Shown: piece after piece, positions 1 to 9,471 of the stretch
Layout of the letters: every line of letters starts with the position of its first letter
How positions within the stretch are numbered: position 1 is the stretch's first letter
Source: Longimicrobium sp.
GTDB lineage: Bacteria > Gemmatimonadota > Gemmatimonadetes > Longimicrobiales > Longimicrobiaceae
NCBI GenBank assembly: GCA_036399995.1
Contig: DASWMA010000510.1
Span: 1-57,836, forward strand
DNA length: 57,836 nt
Reading direction: 5' to 3'
The notes under the pieces: model-generated
Told to the model about the DNA's origin: nothing
Database searches by the model: none
What the model saw: only the letters and a program-made list of their open reading frames with translations
Position numbers and translations under genes: made by a program

Positions 1-135
1 CAGGTCTCGCTCCAGCGCGCGCTGCTCGATGGTCTGGCGCGGCGAAGTGTCCTCTCCGCCACGGCCGCAGGCGACCAGAAGAGTGGACACCGGCAGCGCC
101 AGCAGGGCGGCCGCGGCGAGGGTGCGGGGGGTCAT
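1..135 (-). CDS. Putative lipoprotein, N-terminal part only (runs off window start)
   Basis: Manual translation from ATG at 135: MTPRTLAAAALLALPVSTLLVACGRGGEDTS..., with hydrophobic signal and LVAC lipobox; no stop before base 1. Confidence 0.6.
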   Translation of the reverse strand, partial: MTPRTLAAAALLALPVSTLLVACGRGGEDTSPRQTIEQRALERDL

Positions 136-253
136 GGGGGCTCCTGAAGTCGGCGTGGTGCCTTGTACGGGCGGGGGGCGCGGGGCTAATGTGCGAACGT
201 TCGCCGCCGCCCCGCCGCGTGTACGAAGGGGCAACGCCCATGCCGAGCGTGCC

Positions 254-2035
254 GTGAAGGAACTGAAAGCGCTGCTGCCGTACCTGCGACGCTATCGGGC
301 GCTGATCGCCTGGGGGATCGTGACGGTGATCGTGGCCAACGCGGCCGGGGTGGCCGCGCTCGAATACGTGCGCCTGGCGGTGGACGGGGTGGGCGCGCCC
401 GACGTGACCCGCGGCCGCATCCTGCGCTACGCGATCTTCCTCGTTCTCCTCTCCCTCCTTTCCGGCGCCGCCCGCTTCGGGATGCGGCAGATCCTGAACG
501 GCGTGAGCCGCAAGGTGGAGAACGACCTGCGCGACGACTTCTTCCGCCACCTGCTGCGGCTCGACGCGTCGTTCTACGCCACGCACCCCACGGGCGAGAT
601 CATGAGCCGGGCCACCAACGACATCCCCGCGGTGCGGATGGTGGCCGGGCCGGCGTACATGTACCTGGCCGACACCTTCATCCTGGGGATCTTCGCCGTT
701 TCCCGCATGGCGCTGGTGGACGGGTGGATGACGGTGTGGTCGCTGGCGCCGCTCCTCCTCCTCCCGCCGGTCACCATGGCCTTCGGGAAGGTGATCCACA
801 CCCGCTTCGAAAAGATCCAGGAGCAGTTCGGGGTGCTGAGCACCATGGCGCAGGAGAACCTGGCCGGCCAGCGCATCGTGAAGGCGTACCGGCAGGAAGA
901 CGACCAGTCGCGCCGCTTCTCGCTGCTCAGCCGCGAGCTGATGGACCGCAACGTGGGGCTGGCGCGCACCTCCGCCCTGTTCTTTCCGCTGCTGACCATG
1001 CTGGCCGGCGGGGCGCTGGCGGTGGCGCTGTGGATCGGCGGCGCGGCGATCGTGGCGGGGCGCATCACCAGCGGCGAGCTGGTCCTCTTCCTGATGTACC
1101 TGGCGCGGCTGACCTGGCCGATGATCGCGCTGGGGTGGGTGGTGAACCTCTTCCAGCGCGGCGCCGCGTCGATGGGGCGCGTGTCGCGGGTGCTCGAGGC
1201 GCGGCCGCTGATCGTGCAGCCGGGTGACCCGGTGGCCCCCGCGGTCGTCAGGGGCGAGATCGAGTTCCGCGACGTGGGGTTCCGCTACCCAGGCACCGAG
1301 CGCTGGGTGCTCCGCGGCGTCTCCTTCCGTGTGCGCGCGGGAGACACCGTGGCCGTGGTGGGGCCCACCGGGAGCGGCAAGAGCACCGTGGCCGCGCTGC
1401 TGGTGCGGCTGTACGACCCCACCGAGGGCGAGGTGCGGCTCGACGGCGTGCCGCTGGACCGGTGGGACATGGACCGGCTGCGCGCCGCGGTGGCCATGGT
1501 GCCGCAGGACACCTTCCTCTTCTCCACCAGCATCGAGCAGAACCTGGCGCTGGGCTTCGACGAAGCCGACCCCCAGGCGCGGCTGGCGCGCATCCGGTCG
1601 GCGGCGCGGGTGGCGCGGCTCGACGAGACGGTGGCCGAGTTCCCCGGGCAGTACGGAACGCTCCTGGGCGAGCGGGGGATCAACCTGTCGGGCGGGCAGA
1701 AGCAGCGCGCCGCGCTGGCCCGCGCGGTGGCCCGCGACGCGCGCATCCTGGTGCTCGACGACGCGCTGAGCGCGGTGGACACGCACACCGAGCACGAGAT
1801 CCTGGAGCAGATGAAGGAGGTGCTGGCCGGCCGCACCAGCGTGCTGGTGAGCCACCGCGTGACCGCGGTGATGCACGCCGACCAGATCCTGGTGCTCGAC
1901 GACGGCCGCATCGTGGAGCAGGGAACGCACGACCAGCTGCTGAAGGCGGGGGGCACCTACGCGGCGCTGCAGCGCCGGCAGCTGCTGGCCGAAGAGGTGG
2001 CCGGGGGGGATCTTCTTGCAGCCGCTGGCGACTAG
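254..2035 (+). CDS. ABC exporter, fused permease + ATPase (MsbA/MdlA-like half transporter)
   Basis: TM region followed by Walker A GPTGSGKS, signature LSGGQKQR and Walker B ILVLDD; start moved to GTG 254 (MKELKALLPY). Confidence 0.93.
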   Translation: MKELKALLPYLRRYRALIAWGIVTVIVANAAGVAALEYVRLAVDGVGAPDVTRGRILRYAIFLVLLSLLSGAARFGMRQILNGVSRKVENDLRDDFFRHLLRLDASFYATHPTGEIMSRATNDIPAVRMVAGPAYMYLADTFILGIFAVSRMALVDGWMTVWSLAPLLLLPPVTMAFGKVIHTRFEKIQEQFGVLSTMAQENLAGQRIVKAYRQEDDQSRRFSLLSRELMDRNVGLARTSALFFPLLTMLAGGALAVALWIGGAAIVAGRITSGELVLFLMYLARLTWPMIALGWVVNLFQRGAASMGRVSRVLEARPLIVQPGDPVAPAVVRGEIEFRDVGFRYPGTERWVLRGVSFRVRAGDTVAVVGPTGSGKSTVAALLVRLYDPTEGEVRLDGVPLDRWDMDRLRAAVAMVPQDTFLFSTSIEQNLALGFDEADPQARLARIRSAARVARLDETVAEFPGQYGTLLGERGINLSGGQKQRAALARAVARDARILVLDDALSAVDTHTEHEILEQMKEVLAGRTSVLVSHRVTAVMHADQILVLDDGRIVEQGTHDQLLKAGGTYAALQRRQLLAEEVAGGDLLAAAGD

Positions 2036-2077
2036 GTCTACATTGTTTCTTTCATCAGCCCCCGCATCGTCTTACGC

Positions 2078-3040
2078 ATGACCGACCTTCGCCTGACCAT
2101 CCACGGCGGCCACGAAGTGGAAGCGCGGCTCCGCGAGGTGCTGGCCCGTGAGGGCTTCCGCATCGTGGAGGCGCCGCGCGCGGAGGCCGGGAGCGGGCCC
2201 GCCCTGGTGGTGGAGCCGCACGGGCCGGGGCTGCACGGCCTTCCCCGCGAATACGCCCGCCGCATCGAGGAGCTGGAGCGCACCATCCTGGAGCTCCGCA
2301 ACCTCGACGTGGCCAAGAGCCAGTTCCTCACCAACGTCTCGCACGAGCTGCGCACCCCGCTCACGGCCATCGTCACCTACGGCGAGATCCTGCGCGACGG
2401 GATGCTGGGCGACATCACCCCGCGCCAGCGCGAGGCGATCGAGAGCATGATCGGGAGCTGCCGGCAGCTCCTGTCGATGATCGAGGAGATCCTCACCTAC
2501 GCCCGCACCAACGCGCAGGCCATCGCCATCCGCCCGTCGGACTTCGGCGTGGAGGAGGTGCTGCGCACGGTGCACGAGATGAACGCCAGCCTCATCGAGC
2601 GGAAGTCGCTGTCGTTCGACACCGAGATCGACGCCGACCTGCCGCCGGCGCACGCCGACCGCGACAAGGTCGCGCACGTGCTGGGGAACCTGATCGGCAA
2701 CGCGATCGACTTCACCCCCGACGGCGGGCGCGTGCACGTGGCGGCGCGCCGCAGCGGCACCGACCCCACCTGGATCGAGGTGGTGGTGGAAGACACGGGG
2801 ATCGGGATCGACCCCGTGCACCACGAGCTGATCTTCCAGGAGTTCGCGCAGGTGGACGCCAGCCGCGCGCGGATCCACCACGGCACGGGGCTCGGGCTGG
2901 CCATCGCCCGCCAGTTCGTACGGCTGCACGGCGGGCGGATCTGGGTGGAGAGCGAGCTCGGCGAGGGGAGCCGCTTCTTCTTCACCCTGCCCAGCGCCGA
3001 GGCCAACGGAAGCGCCGCGGCGGAGGCCGCCGCCGCGTGA
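2078..3040 (+). CDS. Cytoplasmic histidine kinase (HisKA + HATPase)
   Basis: H-box [27 protein letters not shown]; no TM segments. Confidence 0.92.
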   Translation: MTDLRLTIHGGHEVEARLREVLAREGFRIVEAPRAEAGSGPALVVEPHGPGLHGLPREYARRIEELERTILELRNLDVAKSQFLTNVSHELRTPLTAIVTYGEILRDGMLGDITPRQREAIESMIGSCRQLLSMIEEILTYARTNAQAIAIRPSDFGVEEVLRTVHEMNASLIERKSLSFDTEIDADLPPAHADRDKVAHVLGNLIGNAIDFTPDGGRVHVAARRSGTDPTWIEVVVEDTGIGIDPVHHELIFQEFAQVDASRARIHHGTGLGLAIARQFVRLHGGRIWVESELGEGSRFFFTLPSAEANGSAAAEAAAA

Positions 3041-3432
3041 GCGAGGCCCGGCCGCTGGTGCTTGTGGTGGAAGACAGCGACGCGATCCGCACCGCCTTCA
3101 CCATCCTGCTGGAAGAGAGCGGCTACACCGTGGCCGCCGCCCCGACCGGCGCCGACGCAGTGCGCCTGGCCGGCGAGCGCACCCCCGACCTGGTGCTGCT
3201 GGACCTGGGCCTTCCCGACATCAGCGGGCTCGACGTGGCCCGCCGCATCAAGGCCGACCCCGTCACCCGCAACATCCCGGTGGTGGCCCTCACCGGCCGC
3301 GACGACGACGGCGAGCGCCAGGCGCTCCTTTCCGCCGGCTGCTCGGCGTTCTGGCTGAAGCCGGTGGACACCCAGGCGCTGATCCGCTCGCTCCCCGGCT
3401 ACATCGCGAACACCGCAGCAACCGAAGGCTGA
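3037..3432 (+). CDS. Single-domain response regulator (CheY/DivK-like)
   Basis: LVVED, LLDLGLP, VALT, KP motifs; GTGA overlap with the kinase stop. Confidence 0.9.
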   Translation: MSEARPLVLVVEDSDAIRTAFTILLEESGYTVAAAPTGADAVRLAGERTPDLVLLDLGLPDISGLDVARRIKADPVTRNIPVVALTGRDDDGERQALLSAGCSAFWLKPVDTQALIRSLPGYIANTAATEG

Positions 3433-3655
3433 CGGCTCCACGCCGCATCGCCCGAAGACCGAAGCGCCTCCGCCAGATCCTGGCGGGGGCGCTTTCTCGC
3501 GAACGGGATCGCGTCAAAGGGTTGCGCGTCCAGCGCGACGCTTTTACTGTTCACTGTGTTCACAAGAACGGAGTGGCCAAAGCGGACGGGGCGCTGACGA
3601 CCCCGCGGAGCGCATCAGCGCGGGCTCGGCGCCGTCGCAGGCGAACGTCGAGCAG

Positions 3656-4033
3656 GTGCATGCCATGATCGTGTACCACCGCGAGGTGCTGCGGACACCG
3701 CTGCGTACGCTCGAGGCAGAGATCGGCATCTCGCGAAGCGCCGTGGACAAGTTCCACAGGCAGCGTTCGCACCCCGGAAAGAACTGGCCCAAGCTCAGGG
3801 ATTGGTACATCCATATGCGCCAGATCAAAGCACGCGAAGAGTACCAGACGCCGAGCGCGCTGCTGGTCGACAGCGCTGTCCTGATGGCGAGTCAGCTTCC
3901 GAACAGCGAACGAGCCCACGCATTGCAGGCTGTCGCGGAGACCTTCCGCGCGCTATACGCCAAGTCGAACATGCCACCAGCGGAATGGGTGCGGATGCTG
4001 ACCGAGTTGGCGGAGCGCGAGGGATCATCCTGA
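3656..4033 (+). CDS. Small putative HTH (XRE/Cro-like) protein
   Basis: LRTLEAEIGISRSAVDKF resembles a helix-turn-helix; start uncertain. Confidence 0.55.
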   Translation: MHAMIVYHREVLRTPLRTLEAEIGISRSAVDKFHRQRSHPGKNWPKLRDWYIHMRQIKAREEYQTPSALLVDSAVLMASQLPNSERAHALQAVAETFRALYAKSNMPPAEWVRMLTELAEREGSS

Positions 4034-4080
4034 ACCCGTCGAAGTTGCAGCGGATCTCCATAGCGCACACGCGAGAAGCG

Positions 4081-4311
4081 AGCACGCGAAGAATATCAGA
4101 CGCCTACCAGCCTGTTGGGCGACAGCGCCGTTCTGATGGCGAGCCAACTCCCGAAAAGCGAACGTGCCGACGCCCTGCGCGCGTCCTTGCGGATACTTGG
4201 CGCGCGCTCTACGCGAAATCGAACCTGCCGCCCGCGGAATGGGTGCAGATGCTCGCCGAACTGGCAGAGCGCGAGGGGGATCCTGAAGCGCATGCGGCCG
4301 CGTTGACATAA
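4081..4311 (+). pseudogene. Frameshifted partial duplicate of the preceding gene's 3' half
   Basis: AREEYQTP..DSAVLMASQLPKSERADAL in one frame, then RALYAKSNLPPAEWVQMLAELAEREG in another; matches the product of 3829-4033. Confidence 0.75.
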
Positions 4312-4394
4312 GCGGACAGCAGTCTAACGAGATGAAGGCGGCACGGGCGCCAATCAGCGGTGTCCGTGCCGGCTGTGTTTTCTCTGGCCGCGCT

Positions 4395-4787
4395 TCAGCT
4401 TCCGCGCACCTCGCTCATCAGCGCGGCCACGTTGTCTTCGCTGTCGCGGAAGAAGCCCATCCACAGATCGTGATCGGGCATCTTCGCGATCATCCGCGGC
4501 TCGTGCACGATCTGCACGCTGGCGGCGGTGAGCGCGGCGAACGCGGCGCGGATGTCGGGGACGCGGTAGTAGAGGATGGATGCGGGGTGGTCGAACTCCG
4601 CCGTCTCGGCCGAGCCTACCATCAGCCGCACCGGGCCGGCCTGGAAGAAGGCGGCGTTCGGGATTTCGAACAGGAACGGCAGCCCCAGCACATCGCGGTA
4701 GAAGCCGATTGCGCGCTGCAGATCCTTGGCGTTGATCGCAATCTGCCCCACGTCGGTGATGCCGACCTTCGCTGCGGTATCGTTCAT
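4395..4787 (-). CDS. VOC/glyoxalase family protein
   Basis: QIAINAKDLQRAIGFYRDVLGL and FRDSEDN motifs. Confidence 0.9.
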   Translation of the reverse strand: MNDTAAKVGITDVGQIAINAKDLQRAIGFYRDVLGLPFLFEIPNAAFFQAGPVRLMVGSAETAEFDHPASILYYRVPDIRAAFAALTAASVQIVHEPRMIAKMPDHDLWMGFFRDSEDNVAALMSEVRGS

Positions 4788-4841
4788 CGCTGCCTTGCCT
4801 GGACTGGGTGAACCGCGTCTCCGGAATCGTCTGCCTTGATT

Positions 4842-4862
4842 ATTTAGTTTAACTAACTAAAT
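4842..4862. promoter_or_regulatory. Candidate MarR operator, inverted repeat ATTTAGTT-N5-AACTAAAT
   Basis: AT-rich perfect 8-bp inverted repeat, with nested TTAGTT-T-AACTAA, between divergent VOC and MarR genes. Confidence 0.7.
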
Positions 4863-4870
4863 TGTCAAGC

Positions 4871-5329
4871 ATGTCGATGCGAGATCCTGATCCGGCGGCA
4901 GCGCGGCGCACCCAAGAGGTAGCGGACCGGCTGCATTCCGCCAGCATCCACCTGCTGCGCCGCGTGCGGCGGCAGGACGACGAGAGCGGCGTGACGGCAC
5001 CGCACCTGTCCGCGCTGTCGGTGCTGGTGTTCGGCGGGGCGCGCACGCTGGGCGAGCTGGCCGCGGCCGAGCAGGTGACGCCGCCGTCGATGACGCGCAT
5101 CGTGCGGAACCTGGAGGCGGATGGGCTGGTGGCGCGCGAGACGGATGCCGCCGACCGACGCGTGGTGCGCGTGCGGGCCACCGAGCAGGGCCGTGCAATT
5201 CTGCTGGAGGGCCGGCGCCGGCGCGTGGCGGAGCTGGCGGCGCGGCTGTCGGGATTGGGCGATGACGACCTGGAAACGCTCGCGCGTGCGGCGGAGCTTA
5301 TCGAGAGCGTGCTGCGGACGGCGGAGTGA
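4871..5329 (+). CDS. MarR family transcriptional regulator
   Basis: TLGELAAAEQVTPPSMTRIVRNLEADGLV...DRR winged helix; ATG 4871 or 4877. Confidence 0.92.
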   Translation: MSMRDPDPAAARRTQEVADRLHSASIHLLRRVRRQDDESGVTAPHLSALSVLVFGGARTLGELAAAEQVTPPSMTRIVRNLEADGLVARETDAADRRVVRVRATEQGRAILLEGRRRRVAELAARLSGLGDDDLETLARAAELIESVLRTAE

Positions 5330-5711
5330 CGGCGGGCGCGCGCGGGGAGCGGAACGCGCGCCAGTAGACCAGGACGTTGACCACGATCACGAACACGCCG
5401 ATGGCGAGCTGCATCCCGCGCGTGAGGCCGGCGGGGTACATCACGCGGGTGATGTAGTGCTCCACGAAGGTCTCGGCGTAGCCCGCCTGGTGGCCCAGGG
5501 CGCGGAGGTGCTTCTCCAGCGGGGTGAGCGGGCAAGTCCACCCGCCGAACTCGATCAGCGCGCCCCAGGTGGCGCACGGCAGGTGCACGTACGCCGCCTT
5601 CCGCCAGCGCAGCACCAGCAGCCCGCCCAGCACCACGAACAGCACGAAGCCGAAGTGGAAGGTGACCACCACGTCGGCGAGGGTGCGGTAGACGGCGGGG
5701 GAAAGGGTCAT
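5298..5711 (-). CDS. DUF2784-like membrane protein
   Basis: LADVVVTFHFGFVLF...HLP...WTCPLTPLE pattern; start ATG 5711. Confidence 0.8.
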   Translation of the reverse strand: MTLSPAVYRTLADVVVTFHFGFVLFVVLGGLLVLRWRKAAYVHLPCATWGALIEFGGWTCPLTPLEKHLRALGHQAGYAETFVEHYITRVMYPAGLTRGMQLAIGVFVIVVNVLVYWRAFRSPRAPAVTPPSAARSR

Positions 5712-5760
5712 GGGTGCGTTCGACTGCCGAGATCTGGTTGCTGCGACGGCGTTCGCGAGG

Positions 5761-5815
5761 GGCGGCTGAAGCCGCAAGCTACAACTACAGGAAGCCTCGC
5801 AAACTGCGCGAGGCT
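5761..5815 (+). repeat. Dual-hairpin REP-like element (family A1)
   Basis: GCGGC-TGAA-GCCGC then AGCCTCGC-AAACTGC-GCGAGGCT; near-identical copies at 10607, 43689, 43807 and 45767. Confidence 0.85.
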
Positions 5816-6244
5816 GCGGGACGGGCCTTCCGGCGTTCCACCGGATTCATTCAGTCCGCGGAACCGCAGGTGTTTCCTCTTGCCGCCCTCTCAGCAATTC
5901 ACTCCGGCTCTTCATCCGTGGAGGAGGATAGGTGTACGGAGGAATTGGACCATAGTGCTCGTATCAGGGATCATCTGTCGGCCCTAGCTCACCACGATTC
6001 CATTTCGCGTTGACCTGTGCGGCGGTTCCGTACCTCGTTGTCCGCCAGATCCGAAAGGTGATCTCGTTCGGAGCAGGCACCCACTCGGTGGGCTCGTTTG
6101 CAGGCTGCTGATCCATGGAGTGCTCGACATCTCGAGGGCGGTAGTCGATCGTCCCATCCCACGGCGCACGCGGTCAAGATCTCAATGCATGGTGGTGAAG
6201 CTCCTCTGGGCCGGCAAGCCTCGAAGAGGAGGGTGCCAATTCGG

Positions 6245-6832
6245 TCACGGCATGGACGCCATCGCATCTCCCAGCCGCGCCTGTACCTCGCGGCGGAGGT
6301 CGGCGAACGCGTCCGAATCCGATACGGGAGCGGCGCCGGTCGTTTCGAGCGGCGACTCGAGCTGCACCCACGAGATACAGCCTTCGTAGGCGGCGGTGTT
6401 GGGGACCACGCGCGGTTCGGGCAACCCGTGCGCGCGCACCAGGATCACGTGCAGGTACGGCTTGCCGCGGTACTCGAAGCGCGCCTTCAGCGTCTCGGGC
6501 GAGAAGGGCTGCAGGTCGCCCAGGCGATGCAGCGCGGCGAGGTCTTCCACGCGCCACGAGGCTTCCACGGTGCAGAACACGCGCAGGGCGACCTGGCCCG
6601 CGGGGAAGCGCGGGGTGTCGCCCAGATGGCCGCGGAAGGCGGGGAGCAGCTCGTGCTCGTTCTGGTGCCAGCCGGTAGGGAAGATCCAGAAGCCGCGGTG
6701 CTCCACCTCGAAGCCGCCGCGCTTCTCGTAGATCCCGCCCTTGCGCACCAGCACCGACAGGCGGCCGCCGGCGAGCGCGTCTTCGATGGCCGCCCACTCC
6801 TTCAGCGCGACGGCGCTCTCCGTCTCCATCAT
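6245..6832 (-). CDS. DUF1802 family protein
   Basis: ALKEWA...G...LVRKGGIYE...FPT..HQ...GC.SW pattern; ATGA overlap with the ygfZ-like stop. Confidence 0.82.
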   Translation of the reverse strand: MMETESAVALKEWAAIEDALAGGRLSVLVRKGGIYEKRGGFEVEHRGFWIFPTGWHQNEHELLPAFRGHLGDTPRFPAGQVALRVFCTVEASWRVEDLAALHRLGDLQPFSPETLKARFEYRGKPYLHVILVRAHGLPEPRVVPNTAAYEGCISWVQLESPLETTGAAPVSDSDAFADLRREVQARLGDAMASMP

Positions 6833-7986
6833 CCCGCCCTCTCGAACGGCAGCCGCACCACCGTGGCCGCCGCGCCCTCCGCCGCGCCCACGCGCACCGC
6901 GGCGCCGGGGGCGACCTCGCGGCGGACGTAGCCGAGCGCGACCGTCTGCCCCAGCATGGGCGAGAAGGCGACGCTGGTGAGCCAGCCGGCATCCTTCCCC
7001 GTCTCGGGGTTGACCAGCCGCGTGCCGATGGCCGGGGCCGGCGCGTCGCCCAGCAGCAGGCCGCGCAGGTGCTTGTTCACGTGGCCGCGGTGGGCGATGC
7101 GCACGATCACCTCCTGCCCCGTGTAGCACCCCTTCCCGAACGAGATGGCGCGCTGCATCAGCCCGGTCTCTTCGAACGCCTCGGTGGGGATCACGTCTTC
7201 GGTCAGGTCGGCGCCGTAGCGCGGGCGGCCGGCCTCGATGCGCAGCGTCTCGATGGCGCCCAGCCCCACCGGCCGCGCGCCCGCTTCCGCCAGCGCTGTC
7301 CAGAGCGCCTCCGCCGCGCCGGTCTCGACGAACAGGTCGAATCCCTCCTCCAGCCCCACGTACCGCGTCGCGGCGACCATCACGGGCGCACCGCCGAGCT
7401 CTGCCTCCACGTGCGCGTCCTCGGCCGCGGGCGGGTCGATGGCGAGCACGCGGCCGACGATCTCGCGAGCCTGCGGGCCGTGGACGCCGAGCTGCACCAG
7501 CGTTTCGGAGACGTCGCTCCACTTCGCGAACATCGGGGGGACGAACTTCTTGAAGTGGTCGCGCGTGCCCGCCAGCGCCTCGCGCGGGAGTTCGACCAGC
7601 ACCTCCACCCCGCCCGGAAGCTCGCGCCGGAAGATGCGCAGCTCGGCCACGGTGCGGCCCTTGGGCGTGAGCATCGCGGCGTAGACGCCCTGGCCCGGCG
7701 CCGCCTTCAGCAGGTCGTTGGTGACCAGGCCGTGGATCATCTTCACGGGGTCTTTGCCGAACATGCGAATGCGCGCGCGGTCGCCGCGCTCCGCCAGCCC
7801 GGCCGCCTGCCGCACCGCGGCGTATTCGCCCGCCGAGTCGCCGTAGTGCCGCGCCACGTGCCGACCCGCGACCTCGGTCCACGCCGCGGCCGCGGCATCC
7901 TGCTGCGCGCGGAGCGGGCTGTCGCTCGGCACCACGTCCGTGTCGGCGAGCGGCAGCATGCCGGCGCCGGGAGTCACATCAACCAT
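6829..7986 (-). CDS. ygfZ: YgfZ/GcvT-family folate-binding protein
   Basis: Signature KGCYTGQE; LTPKGR; LRIEAG; start uncertain. Confidence 0.85.
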   Translation of the reverse strand: MVDVTPGAGMLPLADTDVVPSDSPLRAQQDAAAAAWTEVAGRHVARHYGDSAGEYAAVRQAAGLAERGDRARIRMFGKDPVKMIHGLVTNDLLKAAPGQGVYAAMLTPKGRTVAELRIFRRELPGGVEVLVELPREALAGTRDHFKKFVPPMFAKWSDVSETLVQLGVHGPQAREIVGRVLAIDPPAAEDAHVEAELGGAPVMVAATRYVGLEEGFDLFVETGAAEALWTALAEAGARPVGLGAIETLRIEAGRPRYGADLTEDVIPTEAFEETGLMQRAISFGKGCYTGQEVIVRIAHRGHVNKHLRGLLLGDAPAPAIGTRLVNPETGKDAGWLTSVAFSPMLGQTVALGYVRREVAPGAAVRVGAAEGAAATVVRLPFERAG

Positions 7987-8033
7987 CGTGAGGTTCGTCT
8001 CTGGAGACAGGACTGCTTGGGTATCCGCGGCGC

Positions 8034-8087
8034 CGCGCCCCTGCGGCCGGCTCAGGCCGTCCACCTCCCCCGTACCGGGTGAGGTTG
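8034..8087 (+). repeat. Hairpin repeat family C, copy 1
   Basis: cgcgccc..cggccg..gtccACCTCcCCCGTACCGGGtGAGGT; direct-repeat partner at 9381-9435. Confidence 0.75.
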
Positions 8088-8213
8088 ACGAGGCGGGTTT
8101 TGCGCGTCGCCCGCGGCTGCGTCACTCGCATATTCGCCAGATCCGCGCGATACGACAACGGCCGCGCCACATCGGCACGGCCGTGATACACCGTCGATCA
8201 TCAGCGGTGCGGG

Positions 8214-9242
8214 CTACATCAGCGCAGACGTGGACCGGCTGTCCTTCACCACCTGCTCCAGCTTGCACTGGGCCGGGTCCTTGTCGGGGCGCCAGCGGAG
8301 GAAGCGGGTGCCGTGGCGGAAGCGGCCGCCGCTGAAGTGGTCGTACTGAACCTCCACCACCAGGGTGTTCTTCAGCGGCTCCCACTGGGTGGAGCGCTCG
8401 GTGCTCCAGCGGCTGGGCCCGCCCGGCGCGCTGCCGGTGAAGCCCGGCGCCTGCCGCAGCTTTTCGAGCTTCGGCGTGAGCGCGGTGCGTTCGTCTTCGG
8501 GGATGGCGCTGCAGAAGCCCACGTGGTGCAGCAGCCCGTCGGCCGTGTACAGCCCCAGCAGCAGCGAGCCTACGATCGGCTTCTTCTGCGCGTAGCGGAA
8601 GCCGCCCACCACGCAGTCGGCCGTGCGCAGGTTCTTCACCTTTACCATCGCGGTGCGCTCGCCGCTGGCGTAGGGCATGTCGAGGCGCTTGGCCATCACC
8701 CCGTCGAGCCCCTTCACGCCGCCGCACAGCCAGTCGCGCGCCTGCTTCTCGTCCGTCGTCGCGCGGGAGAGGCGGAGGCGCTCGTCGTCGGGGTAGAACT
8801 GCTTCGCGAACGCCTCCAGCTTCTCGCGCCGCTCGGCCAGCGGCCGGTCGACCAGCGGCCCGCCGCGTGCGCCCAGCAGCAGGTCGAAGGTGATCAGCAC
8901 GGCGGGGTGCGCGGCGGCCAGCTTCTGCACGCGGCTGGCGGCGGGGTGCAGGCGAAGCTGCAGCTCTTCGAACGACAGCGAGTCGCCGACGGGAACCACG
9001 ATCTCGCCGTCGAGCACGAAGCGGTTGGCGCGCACCGAGCGCAGCGTCTCCACCACGTCGGGGAAGTAGCGCGCGAGCGGCTTGCCGGCCTTGGAGCGCA
9101 GCTCCACGTCGTCGCCGTCGCGGAAGGCCAGGCAGCGGAAGCCGTCCCACTTGGGCTCGTACTGCCACCCCTCGCCGGACGGGATCTCCGCCTGCGACTC
9201 GGCTTCCATCGGCGCGTAGCTCAGCGGGATGGGAAGGTCCAT
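8214..9242 (-). CDS. ligC: ATP-dependent DNA ligase (LigC-type, ligase + OB only)
   Basis: Motif I EPKWDGFR, LDGEIV, FDLL, DGVMAK; C-terminal RFRH...RWRPDK. Confidence 0.9.
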   Translation of the reverse strand: MDLPIPLSYAPMEAESQAEIPSGEGWQYEPKWDGFRCLAFRDGDDVELRSKAGKPLARYFPDVVETLRSVRANRFVLDGEIVVPVGDSLSFEELQLRLHPAASRVQKLAAAHPAVLITFDLLLGARGGPLVDRPLAERREKLEAFAKQFYPDDERLRLSRATTDEKQARDWLCGGVKGLDGVMAKRLDMPYASGERTAMVKVKNLRTADCVVGGFRYAQKKPIVGSLLLGLYTADGLLHHVGFCSAIPEDERTALTPKLEKLRQAPGFTGSAPGGPSRWSTERSTQWEPLKNTLVVEVQYDHFSGGRFRHGTRFLRWRPDKDPAQCKLEQVVKDSRSTSALM

Positions 9243-9380
9243 GCGTGCTCGGTTTCAGAGTGGAAGGTGCACGGAGTGACGATCTGGTGCGCTGGCCACT
9301 GCGTTTCGTGTCGAAATGCTCGTACGCTCGTCATCGACCCTCGCTCGCTCATTCTACGGACTCGGAGCAAGCCGCGGGAT

Positions 9381-9435
9381 CGCGCCCTCTCCGGCCGCCT
9401 GAGGGCGTCCACCTCTCCCGTACCGGGAGAGGTTG
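9381..9435 (+). repeat. Hairpin repeat family C, copy 2
   Basis: ACCTCTCCCG-TAC-CGGGAGAGGT perfect stem; similar to 8034-8087. Confidence 0.75.
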
Positions 9436-9471
9436 GCGAGAGCGGCATCTCGGGCCTTCGAAGGCTTCGCC

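Noticed and set aside
6245..7882. 545-aa fusion ORF ending in DUF1802
   Set aside because: Upstream part is off-frame ygfZ sequence; the true gene starts at the ATGA overlap at 6832
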